NCBI GenBank assembly: GCA_003173865.1
Contig: PJMF01000019.1
Coordinates: 6,381 to 70,380, forward strand
Origin: Minisyncoccota bacterium
GTDB lineage: Bacteria > Patescibacteriota > Microgenomatia > UBA1400 > PJMF01
Reading direction: 5' to 3'
DNA length: 64,000 bases
Numbering within the stretch: the stretch's first letter is position 1; every line of letters starts with the position of its first letter. Of this stretch, positions 21,349 to 30,346 are shown in pieces. A program made the position numbers and the translations under genes. Below the pieces are notes generated by a model. It saw only the letters and a program-made list of their open reading frames with translations. It was not told the DNA's origin and searched no databases.

Positions 21349-21676
21349 CACCTCAAGTATTGACTCAATTTTTACCAAAATCATTAAGCGCGAAATTCCT
21401 GGCAAGATCCAGTATGAAGATGATCAGTTTATTGTCTTCAATGACATTCATCCCCAGGCGCCAGTGCATGTGCTTATCGTCTCCAAAGAACCACATGAAT
21501 CACTCGAAAAGATAAGTACAGAAGACATTCACTTCCACGCCGAGCTTCTCCTGGTGGCTCGGAAAGTCGCCAAGTTGCTGGGTATTCAAAAGAGCTACAA
21601 ACTCATGATGAACGTGGGCGCTCCTGCCCAAGAAGTTATGCATCTGCATCTCCATTTGATGGGTGGCTGGAAATAG
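21341..21676 (+). CDS. HIT-family (histidine triad) nucleotide hydrolase
   Basis: HIT motif HLHLHLMGG. 111 aa. Confidence 0.9.
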   Translation: MSDTSSIDSIFTKIIKREIPGKIQYEDDQFIVFNDIHPQAPVHVLIVSKEPHESLEKISTEDIHFHAELLLVARKVAKLLGIQKSYKLMMNVGAPAQEVMHLHLHLMGGWK

Positions 21677-21718
21677 GCTATAATTCCAGGCATTATATCC
21701 GAGGGGAGGTGTTCTTAA

Positions 21719-21997
21719 GTGCCTATTATTCTTAAAGCACGCAGCGATGATCACACAGGTGATTTAATTAAGAAATTCAAAAAAATCATTGCAGCTACCG
21801 ACATTATTCAAATCGTCAAAGATCGACGTTACTACCAGAAACCTTCCGAAATTCGTACGGTTCGCCAAAACGAAATTCGTCGGATGAAAAAACGACAGAA
21901 ATCAATTAAACGTTTAAAAAATGCCCCAATTCCAAAGCCTCCCAAACGCTTTGCAAACAAGTTCGATAACAAATTTGAAAAAAAGAGTTACGAATAA
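21719..21997 (+). CDS. rpsU: 30S ribosomal protein S21 with a Lys/Arg-rich C-terminal extension
   Basis: GTG start after a GAGGGGAGG RBS. MPIILKARSDDHTGDLIKKFKK…RRYYQKPSEIR matches the S21 consensus (MPxIxVrenE…ALRRFKR…YEKPTxxRK). Confidence 0.85.
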   Translation: MPIILKARSDDHTGDLIKKFKKIIAATDIIQIVKDRRYYQKPSEIRTVRQNEIRRMKKRQKSIKRLKNAPIPKPPKRFANKFDNKFEKKSYE

Positions 21998-22012
21998 AAA
22001 AACGTCATTTTT

Positions 22013-22042
22013 AAAAAGCTCCCTTTTACAGGGAGCTTTTTG
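22013..22042. terminator. Bidirectional rho-independent terminator
   Basis: A perfect hairpin AAAAAGCTCCC-TTTTACA-GGGAGCTTTTT between the convergent rpsU (+) and ORF 22048..22533 (-). Confidence 0.8.
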
Positions 22043-22047
22043 ATTCA

Positions 22048-22533
22048 TCAAGCTGCTTTCTTCGCGCCTTTCATACTCGCCCGTATATCAAACTCGCGCT
22101 GCTCACCCGTACTCGTATCAAACATTTTACTGCCCGTCATTTGATAGTAATTCAAGAGATGATTGTTGAGCGCCTCTTGAACCTCTTTCTTTTGCGTACT
22201 TAAATCAGTAATGTCGGACTGCAGCTGATTTGCCTCTAAGCTGTTCTTTAACTCTGACTTACGTTCTTTTACTTTTTGCGTTACTTCCTGAGCTTGATGT
22301 TCAGCTGCTGCTAAGTTTTCATCATTCTCAAAAATATTTTTTAAACTTTGGCGTTGGATCTTTAACTCTTCGTTAATACGATCCAACTCATTTGCATTGC
22401 GTTCTATGACATTTTGTAATGATACTAACGTTGTGGCAACATCACTTCCTTGATTTGTTTCTTCCAGCGCTTGACGTGCAAGATCGTCACCAGTTTGGAT
22501 TTGAGATGATTGAGTATTTTGAGTATTTGACAT
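22048..22533 (-). CDS. Hypothetical coiled-coil protein (Gln/Glu/Asn-rich, 161 aa)
   Basis: ORF with heptad-like composition. No catalytic motif. Confidence 0.5.
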   Translation of the reverse strand: MSNTQNTQSSQIQTGDDLARQALEETNQGSDVATTLVSLQNVIERNANELDRINEELKIQRQSLKNIFENDENLAAAEHQAQEVTQKVKERKSELKNSLEANQLQSDITDLSTQKKEVQEALNNHLLNYYQMTGSKMFDTSTGEQREFDIRASMKGAKKAA

Positions 22534-22604
22534 AGTTCTCCTTTAAAGGAGAACACCATATCGCATTTTGCTCCTTCTTGCAAGCTGCCATACAGCCGTC
22601 CATA

Positions 22605-24050
22605 ATGAAGAAAATGAATACAAGTGATTTGAGTATATTTTCTGCTCTCGATTTCCGAAAAACCAAAATTGTTGCCACTATTGGACCTGCAACCGAATCT
22701 GAAGATCGAATTCGTCAACTCATCACTGCTGGTGTAAACGTGATGCGCTTTAACACCAAGCATAATCAACCCGAGTGGCATCTCCAAGCAATTGAACGCG
22801 TCCAAGCAATTGCATATGAGATGCGCGTTCCTATCGGTATTTTGCTTGATCTACAGGGTCCTGAAATTCGCATCACTTTGAGCAAAGGAGACTGCTTTGC
22901 GGCGGCGAAAGACAGTACGGTAATCTTTACTTCCACTCCTCTCCAATCGGCTGATATGGTTATTCAAATTCCACAGCAAGTAATTGAAAGTCTTGAAGTG
23001 GGCAACCATATCATTCTGGACGATGGAAATTGTGAGATGGTAATTACTGCGAAGCAGCGAGATCACTTCGAAGTCAAAATACTGGACGACTGCACGATTA
23101 ACACTCGCAAAACGATGAACACTCCCGGCGTAGTCATGGACATGCCATCGCTTTTGCCGACTGACCTCCATTACCTTGATGTACTTAAAAAAAGTCAAAT
23201 TGGATTTGTGGCACTTTCTTTCGTTCGCGATGAACATGACATTCAGCTACTCAAAGATGAACTCATCAAGCGAGATATGCACGCTGAGGTGATTGCCAAG
23301 ATAGAAAATCAAAAGGCTCTCGACAATCTTGATTCTATTATTGCCAAAAGTGACGGGGTGATGGTGGCCCGCGGAGATCTCGCAGTTGAAGTAAATTTCG
23401 AAGAACTCGCCTTCTGGCAAAAGAAAATCATTAAAAAATGCCAACAAATTGGCAAACCCGTTATCACAGCAACTCAAATGCTTGCATCGATGGCAGAAAG
23501 CTCCCACCCCACCCGCGCCGAGATTTGTGACGTGGCCAATTCAGTATATGACGGCACAGATGCCGTGATGCTCTCTGAAGAAACCACATATGGCAAGTAT
23601 CCGATTAAAACAGTTCTCACCCAAGCAAAAATCGTCAGTTTTTACGAGAAGCAACCCATCGTCTTTAATGTGCCTTTGCAACCACCCAGTGATGTCATTG
23701 CTCTTTCTCAAAAAATAATTGAGTTGCTTCATAACCAACCAGAACCAATCCAAAAAATGATTGTAAGCTGTGATGATGAGACGCTCGTCCATCAACTTAC
23801 TCGTTATCGATCGGCCGTGCCACTTCTTGCCGTTCTGACGAATCTAGAACTGGCACAAAAACTTAGCCTTTCCTATGGCGTAGTTCCTTTTTGTGTCGTT
23901 GGTAAAAATCTTGCCGATTTGAGTACTGAAGACGTCGTCGCACTGCTTCGTCAACAAGAAAAAGTGGCCTCCGGAGAAAAAGTGATCTTCGCAAGCTGTC
24001 TTTCTGCTACTGCAAGTTACAAACAAAGTCCAGTAATTTTCGATGTATAA
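22605..24050 (+). CDS. pyk: Pyruvate kinase
   Basis: TKIVATIGPATESEDRIRQLITAGVNVMRFN, …MVARGDLAVE…, and a C-terminal regulatory domain. Start chosen at MKKMNTSD; the ORF opens at 22578. Confidence 0.9.
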   Translation: MKKMNTSDLSIFSALDFRKTKIVATIGPATESEDRIRQLITAGVNVMRFNTKHNQPEWHLQAIERVQAIAYEMRVPIGILLDLQGPEIRITLSKGDCFAAAKDSTVIFTSTPLQSADMVIQIPQQVIESLEVGNHIILDDGNCEMVITAKQRDHFEVKILDDCTINTRKTMNTPGVVMDMPSLLPTDLHYLDVLKKSQIGFVALSFVRDEHDIQLLKDELIKRDMHAEVIAKIENQKALDNLDSIIAKSDGVMVARGDLAVEVNFEELAFWQKKIIKKCQQIGKPVITATQMLASMAESSHPTRAEICDVANSVYDGTDAVMLSEETTYGKYPIKTVLTQAKIVSFYEKQPIVFNVPLQPPSDVIALSQKIIELLHNQPEPIQKMIVSCDDETLVHQLTRYRSAVPLLAVLTNLELAQKLSLSYGVVPFCVVGKNLADLSTEDVVALLRQQEKVASGEKVIFASCLSATASYKQSPVIFDV

Positions 24051-24089
24051 TAAGGTACGTAGTATTTATTCCGATCAAAAAAGGAACGT

Positions 24090-24404
24090 ATGGCACAAAA
24101 AAATAACGGTGGGGGATTACTCGCTTTACTCGCAGGAATCGCAGCCGGAGCTGCTGCAGTTTTTCTCTCCAAAGAAGAAAATCGTAAAAAAACTCAAGTT
24201 GTCTTGAAAAAAGCAGAAAAACAAATCGTTAAGGCATCGAAGCAAGCAAAGAAAAATCCTAAAAAATTTGCTAAAAAAGTGATGAAAGAAGCCACTCAAG
24301 AGGCGGCGAAGGTAGAAACAGCCGCGGCTAAAGTTGAGAAAAAAGTGGTTGCTAAGGTTAAAAAATCACCCGTACTCAAAGCTGTCGGCAAAAAAACTGC
24401 TTAA
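24090..24404 (+). CDS. Small membrane-anchored Lys/Ala-rich protein (104 aa)
   Basis: An N-terminal hydrophobic anchor GGLLALLAGIAAGAAAVFL, followed by highly basic KKA/KKV repeats. Confidence 0.5.
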   Translation: MAQKNNGGGLLALLAGIAAGAAAVFLSKEENRKKTQVVLKKAEKQIVKASKQAKKNPKKFAKKVMKEATQEAAKVETAAAKVEKKVVAKVKKSPVLKAVGKKTA

Positions 24405-24425
24405 AAATCTCATTGGGAAGCTGAT

Positions 24426-26168
24426 ATGCATGTTGTGCGAAAGCTTTTTCTTTCTGATTGGGTAGTTTGGGTGCTATCTTTGTTGTGTTGTTGGATCATC
24501 GCGGCTTTCCTGTGTATTCCTTGGTTTGGACACTTACCCAACGGTTTAAATCGTGATGAAGCTGCACTTGGATATAACGCGTATAGTTTGCTCAAAACTG
24601 GTCGTGACGAGTTTGGGGTGAAGTGGCCAGTGAGCATTACTTCATTTGGCGACCAAAAACTCCCCGTCTATGTCTATACGTTAATTCCATTCATTGCGGC
24701 ATTTGGATTAAAGTCAGAAGTGATTCGTTTGCCGTCACTCATGGCAGGTTTTGTTGTGATCGCAGGGATGGGTCTACTGGCCTTGCGAATTTCCACGTCT
24801 CTTCAACTCAAGCGCAACCAGCGGCTATTACTCAGTTTTCTCACGATGTTATTTATTGCAGTCAGTCCGTGGTCGACTCATTTTTCGCGTGTTGCGTATG
24901 AGGCACATCTCTCAATGGCACTTTTTATTTTGGGTTTCTTGAGTTATATCAGCGCAATCGCTTCCAAACACACTCGCCCGCAGCGAATGCTCCTCATCTT
25001 CGCGGGAGCCGCTTGGTCACTTACTTTGCTTACTTATCACAGTTACCAGATCTTGACACCTTTATTTATTTGTGGACTAGCGGTACTCGACTTTGCGCGC
25101 ATCAAAAAACTCGATAAAGTTGGCGTCGGAACTGCCTGCTTAATTGGAGTAATTACCGTTATCCTTCTTTACAAAGGGGGAGTGTGGCAAGCAAATCAAG
25201 TCAAAAATAGTGGAATTACACCCTTTCGTAAAGAAGAACTCCTGGAAAAAGCAAATGAGTACAGAGCTGTTTTGCCTGGAGATAACGCATGGTACGAACG
25301 AGTATTTACTAATCCCGCGGTGGAAGGCGTCACTGTTCTTTCGCAAAATTTGACTAAAACTATTTCTGGCGACTTTTTCTTTGTACACGGGAGTGGCCAC
25401 GGTGATCATAACCCCGGTAACATGAATAACTTTCATCTGTATGTAGCGCCGCTCTTATTATTTGGTCTGCTCGAGTTATGGGAGTATCGCAAAGATCATA
25501 ATATGAGACGAATTTCCCTCTGGCTTTGTTTTGGTTTGCTTGCACCAGCATTGACGATCCAACCCAATCATGAAGTCCGCATGTCTCCCATCTTTCCACT
25601 GCTTGAGTTTGTGGGAGCATTCGGTGCTGTTATGTTCGTGACACATATTCGCCAAAAATGGATTCAAGTTGTAGTGTGTCTTGGCTTCCTTTTCGTGGTT
25701 TTTATTTCGAGTGCTCGGTTTTTTATTCAGTATGCGTACATTATTCCCAGTCGCATTGAGTCACACTATAGTTATGAAGTCCTTGCTCATGCATTGCAGA
25801 AGTATCAATCTCCACAAGTATCGGTGATTACGAATGCTCCCAATACTTCGCCGTATATCTGGTATCTTGTTGATAGCTCCTTTGATCCAGCTTTGCTGCA
25901 AAGTCAAATCGAAAGATATCCGGCCGATAAAGAAGGATTTTTACACGTTAAAAGAATCGGCAAGCTCTACTTCATTACACCAAATTGGGATGACTTATTG
26001 ACTTGGTCAAAAGAAGAACCATTGATTATCATCTTAAATCCAAAAGAAATTCCAACTGACAAACGCAAAGATCCACACATGACGAAGCTTGACACCTTTA
26101 CCAATGAACACGGTGAAGTGATCTATGAGGTATGGAAACTGAACTACGTAAATAAAATTGCACGATAA
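24426..26168 (+). CDS. GT-C fold glycosyltransferase, family 39/83-like (PMT/ArnT-like; polyprenyl-phosphate-sugar-dependent)
   Basis: A multi-TM N-terminus with NRDEAALGYNAYSLLKTGRDEFG…WPVSITSFGDQKLPVY (the DE-loop typical of the PMT_2/ArnT family), then a large C-terminal soluble domain. Confidence 0.75.
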   Translation: MHVVRKLFLSDWVVWVLSLLCCWIIAAFLCIPWFGHLPNGLNRDEAALGYNAYSLLKTGRDEFGVKWPVSITSFGDQKLPVYVYTLIPFIAAFGLKSEVIRLPSLMAGFVVIAGMGLLALRISTSLQLKRNQRLLLSFLTMLFIAVSPWSTHFSRVAYEAHLSMALFILGFLSYISAIASKHTRPQRMLLIFAGAAWSLTLLTYHSYQILTPLFICGLAVLDFARIKKLDKVGVGTACLIGVITVILLYKGGVWQANQVKNSGITPFRKEELLEKANEYRAVLPGDNAWYERVFTNPAVEGVTVLSQNLTKTISGDFFFVHGSGHGDHNPGNMNNFHLYVAPLLLFGLLELWEYRKDHNMRRISLWLCFGLLAPALTIQPNHEVRMSPIFPLLEFVGAFGAVMFVTHIRQKWIQVVVCLGFLFVVFISSARFFIQYAYIIPSRIESHYSYEVLAHALQKYQSPQVSVITNAPNTSPYIWYLVDSSFDPALLQSQIERYPADKEGFLHVKRIGKLYFITPNWDDLLTWSKEEPLIIILNPKEIPTDKRKDPHMTKLDTFTNEHGEVIYEVWKLNYVNKIAR

Positions 26169-26204
26169 TTGACTTGCAGTTTTGCGACTGTTACGCTGAG
26201 CATC

Positions 26205-27290
26205 ATGATGATGAAGATTTTTTACTACTGTTTTCTTTTTGCGATGTTTACCGCTTTTAGCATAGGTGTCACGAACATTCATCAACGAGTAATTGACCTC
26301 CCCAACAAAGACGCGCGGATTCAGATTCACACAGATATCATTACATCTCAGGCAAAATCTCCGTATCGTTACCGTGTCCTTTTTCCGTACGTGACGGAAT
26401 GGATTGTGGACTCGATTATTCCCGTCAATGTCATTGATATAAATACGAAACTAGACCCCAATTTTCCCGCCACTTCACTTCCGGCGCGAGAGTTTAAATT
26501 TGTCCAAACGTGGTATTTACTTGAAGTGATTATTTTATTTTTCGTTTTTGCAAATACTTTTTTGTTTTTAAATCGCTTTCCGTTAATGTATAGGATAGCG
26601 GGTTGTCTGTTTTTATACACGGCGCTCAACGCTGCATTTATCGGTCATGCGTATCAACCGTGGTCGATGATTGAAGCCGCTCTTTTTCCACTTGCTTTCT
26701 TCGTCATGTCAAAAATCAAAAGTCCTAAAGACTTTTGGTGGTTACTTGCCTATCTCGTCATTCTCGTTACTGCTTGCTTTAACCGAGAAACTGGTATTTT
26801 TATCGCCGCATTTTTTGTTATTACAGTATTACTGAGAAAAGAAATATGGAAATTTAAGGTCCCTGTTATTCTCGTTACTTTCATTGGTTTAGCCATCTTG
26901 GGGGGACTGCGAATCTGGAAAGGCTACGCTGAATCGGAGCTGAGTATTCCTCAAATTTATCAAATGAATCTCGCTGGATCAAACACCAATCTGATGATGT
27001 ATGAACTAAAAAATATGTTCTCCATATTTTGGCTTGGGATCATCATCGGACTTTTGAAGTTTAAAAAAGAATGGTGGAACTATCTTCTTCTGATTATACT
27101 GTATTTACCATTTTATGTTGTGTTTGGGTTATGGGCAGAGACGCGTCTTTTACTGCCAATCTTATCCATTTTAATTTTTGCGCTCCTTTATTTCTTCGAA
27201 CAAATGGAGATGTTACTTCAACATCACACTCTGACCAATCACTCGTCTCCAAACGTAGTAAAAGAGCACCGCAAAAGAATTCGAGATTGA
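26205..27290 (+). CDS. Polytopic integral membrane protein (possible GT-C-like or flippase-like partner)
   Basis: About 10 predicted hydrophobic helices. Sits between the GT39-like gene and the Dpm1-like GT2. The ORF opens at 26169. Confidence 0.5.
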   Translation: MMMKIFYYCFLFAMFTAFSIGVTNIHQRVIDLPNKDARIQIHTDIITSQAKSPYRYRVLFPYVTEWIVDSIIPVNVIDINTKLDPNFPATSLPAREFKFVQTWYLLEVIILFFVFANTFLFLNRFPLMYRIAGCLFLYTALNAAFIGHAYQPWSMIEAALFPLAFFVMSKIKSPKDFWWLLAYLVILVTACFNRETGIFIAAFFVITVLLRKEIWKFKVPVILVTFIGLAILGGLRIWKGYAESELSIPQIYQMNLAGSNTNLMMYELKNMFSIFWLGIIIGLLKFKKEWWNYLLLIILYLPFYVVFGLWAETRLLLPILSILIFALLYFFEQMEMLLQHHTLTNHSSPNVVKEHRKRIRD

Positions 27291-27989
27291 CTTTGAAGAA
27301 ACACTCGGTGAAGGAGCTCGATAGTGAATTGGCACTTCAGCAAATCGTTTTTTGCGAAGTAAGTATCTCAACTCGGTTTGATAAAAATGAGCCTTTGACA
27401 AAAAGTCGTGTTTTAAAAACTGACCCACTACCTCTGAGTGAAAACCTTGATAGCCAGAAGTCGCGTCATACATCTTTGTACCCAAAAGCATATTGCTCAA
27501 TAACGTGCCGCCTTTAGATAAAATCGTGCGCCGCAGATCTGAGTTTTGAATCGAGCCACCATTAATGAAACGACTCCCAAATGCACACTCGTTTCCTTCA
27601 TTAAGTACTCGCAAAAATAACGGAATTGCCCGAGGATCATGCGAGAGTCCGGCATCCATCTCGATGATGATTTTGTGACCTTTTTTATATGCTGCTCGAT
27701 AGCCCGCCAAGTATGCATCAACGACATTTCGATTTTGGGGAGACCAAACCGTTACAAATCGCTTATCTTGACGAGATAACTGTCGACAGAGTTGGAGCGT
27801 TTTATCTTTCGAGACCTTATCTACCACCAAGTAACATGTTCCAGCGCCTAAGTAATCAAATGTGTCCTTAAGCTGAGTAATGAAGGGCTTAAACTCTTTT
27901 TCTTCATTGGCCATTGGAACGACGATCGCAAAGTTTAAACTAAAGTAATACCCATTCGGTTCTCGTGTAGATTTTTTCATGTTTGTCAA
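27213..27989 (-). CDS. Glycosyltransferase family 2, Dpm1-like (polyprenyl-phosphate sugar synthase)
   Basis: FAIVVPMANEE…, a DAY…G block, EMDAGLSHDPRAIP (the DxD/DAD region) and a C-terminal amphipathic tail. 258 aa. Confidence 0.85.
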   Translation of the reverse strand: MTNMKKSTREPNGYYFSLNFAIVVPMANEEKEFKPFITQLKDTFDYLGAGTCYLVVDKVSKDKTLQLCRQLSRQDKRFVTVWSPQNRNVVDAYLAGYRAAYKKGHKIIIEMDAGLSHDPRAIPLFLRVLNEGNECAFGSRFINGGSIQNSDLRRTILSKGGTLLSNMLLGTKMYDATSGYQGFHSEVVGQFLKHDFLSKAHFYQTELRYLLRKKRFAEVPIHYRAPSPSVSSKSISNSFAVLFYYVWRRVIGQSVMLK

Positions 27990-28059
27990 TCTAGTCTCGT
28001 GTTCTTAAAAGTGGTACTCTTTGTGATATTTTATATCACGATGTATACGAAAGAGCCCT

Positions 28060-28539
28060 ATGCAAAATACCACTGAGATCTGTCCAAAGTGTGGTTCACC
28101 ACTGAAAGAACCAGAAGAAACTAGAACTGGTAAGAAACTTCAACGCTGTTCAACTGGTTCTTGGAACGCTCAAACGCGCCAAACTGAAGGCTGTGATTAT
28201 GTCAAATGGCTAACTGATGAGCCAAAACTCCTCGACGAAATGTGTCCAAAATGCGGCTCACCGCTCGTCTTGCAAGTCACACGCACAGGCAAGAAAATGA
28301 AAAAATGTAGCACCGGCGGGTGGGACAGAGAACAACGCGTCGCAACTGGCTGCGACTATGTAGAATGGATGAATGGTTCGACGAAACCGCTCGACGAAGA
28401 CTGTCCTCTTTGCGGCGAGAAACTCGTCTTATTTACCACTGCAAATGGTAAACGAATGAAAAAATGTTCTACGGCAGGCTGGGATCGTGAAATGCGCATC
28501 CCCACTGGCTGCACGTATATCGAATGGCAGAAGGATTAA
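28060..28539 (+). CDS. Protein built of three tandem topoisomerase-type C4 zinc-ribbon repeats
   Basis: Three ~50-aa repeats of the form CP.CGS.L……TG.K..KCSTG.W…….GC.Y.EW, resembling the zf-C4_Topoisom arrangement (CPxCG…C…C). Confidence 0.65.
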   Translation: MQNTTEICPKCGSPLKEPEETRTGKKLQRCSTGSWNAQTRQTEGCDYVKWLTDEPKLLDEMCPKCGSPLVLQVTRTGKKMKKCSTGGWDREQRVATGCDYVEWMNGSTKPLDEDCPLCGEKLVLFTTANGKRMKKCSTAGWDREMRIPTGCTYIEWQKD

Positions 28540-28548
28540 AAATGAAGA

Positions 28549-28649
28549 TTTGCGGGGAGCTTGTGTGTGAAGTCACACTAACAGGCTGAGAGGATAGTGA
28601 AACTATCGACCCATTGAACCTGTTCGGATAATGCCGACGTAGGGAAAAT
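28549..28649 (+). ncRNA. TPP (THI-box) riboswitch
   Basis: GCGGGGAGC…GGCTGAGAGG…ACCC…GAACCTGTTCGGATAATGCCGACGTAGGGAAAAT matches the THI element consensus (GGGG.GC.…CUGAGA…ACCC..GAACCUGAUC.GGAUAAUGCC.GCG.AGGGA). The 3' AGGGA doubles as the RBS for the ATG at 28650. Confidence 0.8.
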
Positions 28650-29516
28650 ATGGGTCAACCTCACGAAGTTTTTGTAGATCGTTTCAATGCTGCGCTCTGC
28701 AAACCACCACTCGCTCATATTCTTTATAACGTAGAAAAAAAGCGTTGGTCAGCACCTTTTTTGAAAGGAATTGTTCATACCAGTCTCCTTTGTGAGCAGC
28801 AACAGATCTGCACACATAACGAAGATCATCTCTTACGCGTGGGGCAAAATACTTTGTTTCTTCATGATCTCTGGCAAAAGCGCCTTGAAAACCTTCTTGC
28901 AGACGAGCTACTGCTCTTTGGCGTCCTCTTACACGATATAGGGTATATTTCGCAAGGATTGATTTGGCAAAATAAATCGGCAATCAATCATCCTGAAAAA
29001 GGAGCTGAGTTACTGGATTTATTGCGGTCGAGTCATTGGATCAAGACTCCAGGACGCGCCGAAGCTCGGGCTATTATTGAAGAGTATGCACACCTTTTCT
29101 TTTTTATTATCTCTTCCGATACCGAGCTCTCTTTAAAATTCGCCCAACATCTACTTGCGTACAAAAAAAACGGATTTCCGATTGGGGAACCCAGTTACAT
29201 CGCCGCACTCAGCATATCACTGGGCGATAAGCTTGATTATTTTCTAGCAGAGAGAGTAAAAAACGTCCCCACACCACCAACTTATCAAGAAAATCCTTAC
29301 TACTTCTTGTGTAAAGCAGTCAAAAATTATCGTTTGCAGGTCGCCAATAATAAGTTGAAGTATATTGCTACTCTGGATACCGATGGTCTGCAATTTAGTA
29401 AGAGAGGAGAGTGGCACGCTAAAACTATTCAAGCAGGCTTTGAAAATATATGGCAACTTGCACACACGTATAGTGAATTACTGGGGATGACGTTTGAAGT
29501 AGTTGAATACAGTTAA
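28650..29516 (+). CDS. HD-domain metal-dependent phosphohydrolase of unknown specificity, TPP-riboswitch-controlled
   Basis: His…HD…His…Asp layout with GVLLHDIGY and INHPEKGAELL. Soluble, 288 aa. Directly preceded by the THI element. Confidence 0.7.
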   Translation: MGQPHEVFVDRFNAALCKPPLAHILYNVEKKRWSAPFLKGIVHTSLLCEQQQICTHNEDHLLRVGQNTLFLHDLWQKRLENLLADELLLFGVLLHDIGYISQGLIWQNKSAINHPEKGAELLDLLRSSHWIKTPGRAEARAIIEEYAHLFFFIISSDTELSLKFAQHLLAYKKNGFPIGEPSYIAALSISLGDKLDYFLAERVKNVPTPPTYQENPYYFLCKAVKNYRLQVANNKLKYIATLDTDGLQFSKRGEWHAKTIQAGFENIWQLAHTYSELLGMTFEVVEYS

Positions 29517-30346
29517 TCCAGATTAAAACTTTCTCTGTCTTTTATTTCTTGAACAATCTTATCGATAATTTCTCGATATGAATACTGCGGCAACTTCAAT
29601 TTTTTTAATCGACCAAGGTCTCCTTCAATAATTGGAGTTGTATCATGAGCATCGAATGGTACAACGCTAACTCCAAACTGGCTTAAAATATCACTAGCAA
29701 TATCAAAACGAGATTTCAGTTCTTGAACTGCAATAGAAATAATTTCATTCCAAATTTCTTTTTGAATAATTATTCTAATCACTTCTGAGATATGACCTAA
29801 ATGAGAAGGTTGGAACTTCCACGATGTATCATATTCAGCCTTCGTTCCCTGATCAAGATTTTTGAGAATACGATTAAACGGGCGATCATTTATCGTGTTG
29901 GGACTCATTCCTATGATCAGTGAAGGACGCAAAACTGCAAATCCGGCTGAAGTACTTTCCACATACTCTTCACTTTGTGCTTTGGTTTTTCCATAAACAT
30001 TAATAGGATTAATAGCCGCGTAAGAAGAAATTAAAATTATTTTTTCTTTGTGTTTGTTTGCCACTGAGACTAAATTTTGTGTGGCTGTTTGGTTTAAAGA
30101 AATTGCTAGCTCTGGATTTGCTTCACACCAGCGCGCATTTGCATTAGCGGCGGCATGAATAATTATTTCAGGTTGAAATTGGCGAACGATATCTTCTAAT
30201 GCTGCAGCATCAGTAATATCTAACTCAACAAAACTTGAGCTAAGCTTGGTACTATGACAAGTTCCAATAACTTCAAAGTCTCTACTTAAATCAAGATAAA
30301 GCCGAGCACCCACGTAGCTACTTGCGCCGGTCAAAAGAATTTTCAT
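29513..30346 (-). CDS. NAD(P)-dependent sugar epimerase/reductase, RmlD-like (dTDP-4-dehydrorhamnose reductase family)
   Basis: A Rossmann GxxGxxG-like MKILLTGASSYVGARL, the catalytic YGKTK (YxxxK) and ~277 aa. 4-nt overlap with the upstream ATP-grasp gene. Confidence 0.75.
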   Translation of the reverse strand: MKILLTGASSYVGARLYLDLSRDFEVIGTCHSTKLSSSFVELDITDAAALEDIVRQFQPEIIIHAAANANARWCEANPELAISLNQTATQNLVSVANKHKEKIILISSYAAINPINVYGKTKAQSEEYVESTSAGFAVLRPSLIIGMSPNTINDRPFNRILKNLDQGTKAEYDTSWKFQPSHLGHISEVIRIIIQKEIWNEIISIAVQELKSRFDIASDILSQFGVSVVPFDAHDTTPIIEGDLGRLKKLKLPQYSYREIIDKIVQEIKDRESFNLD

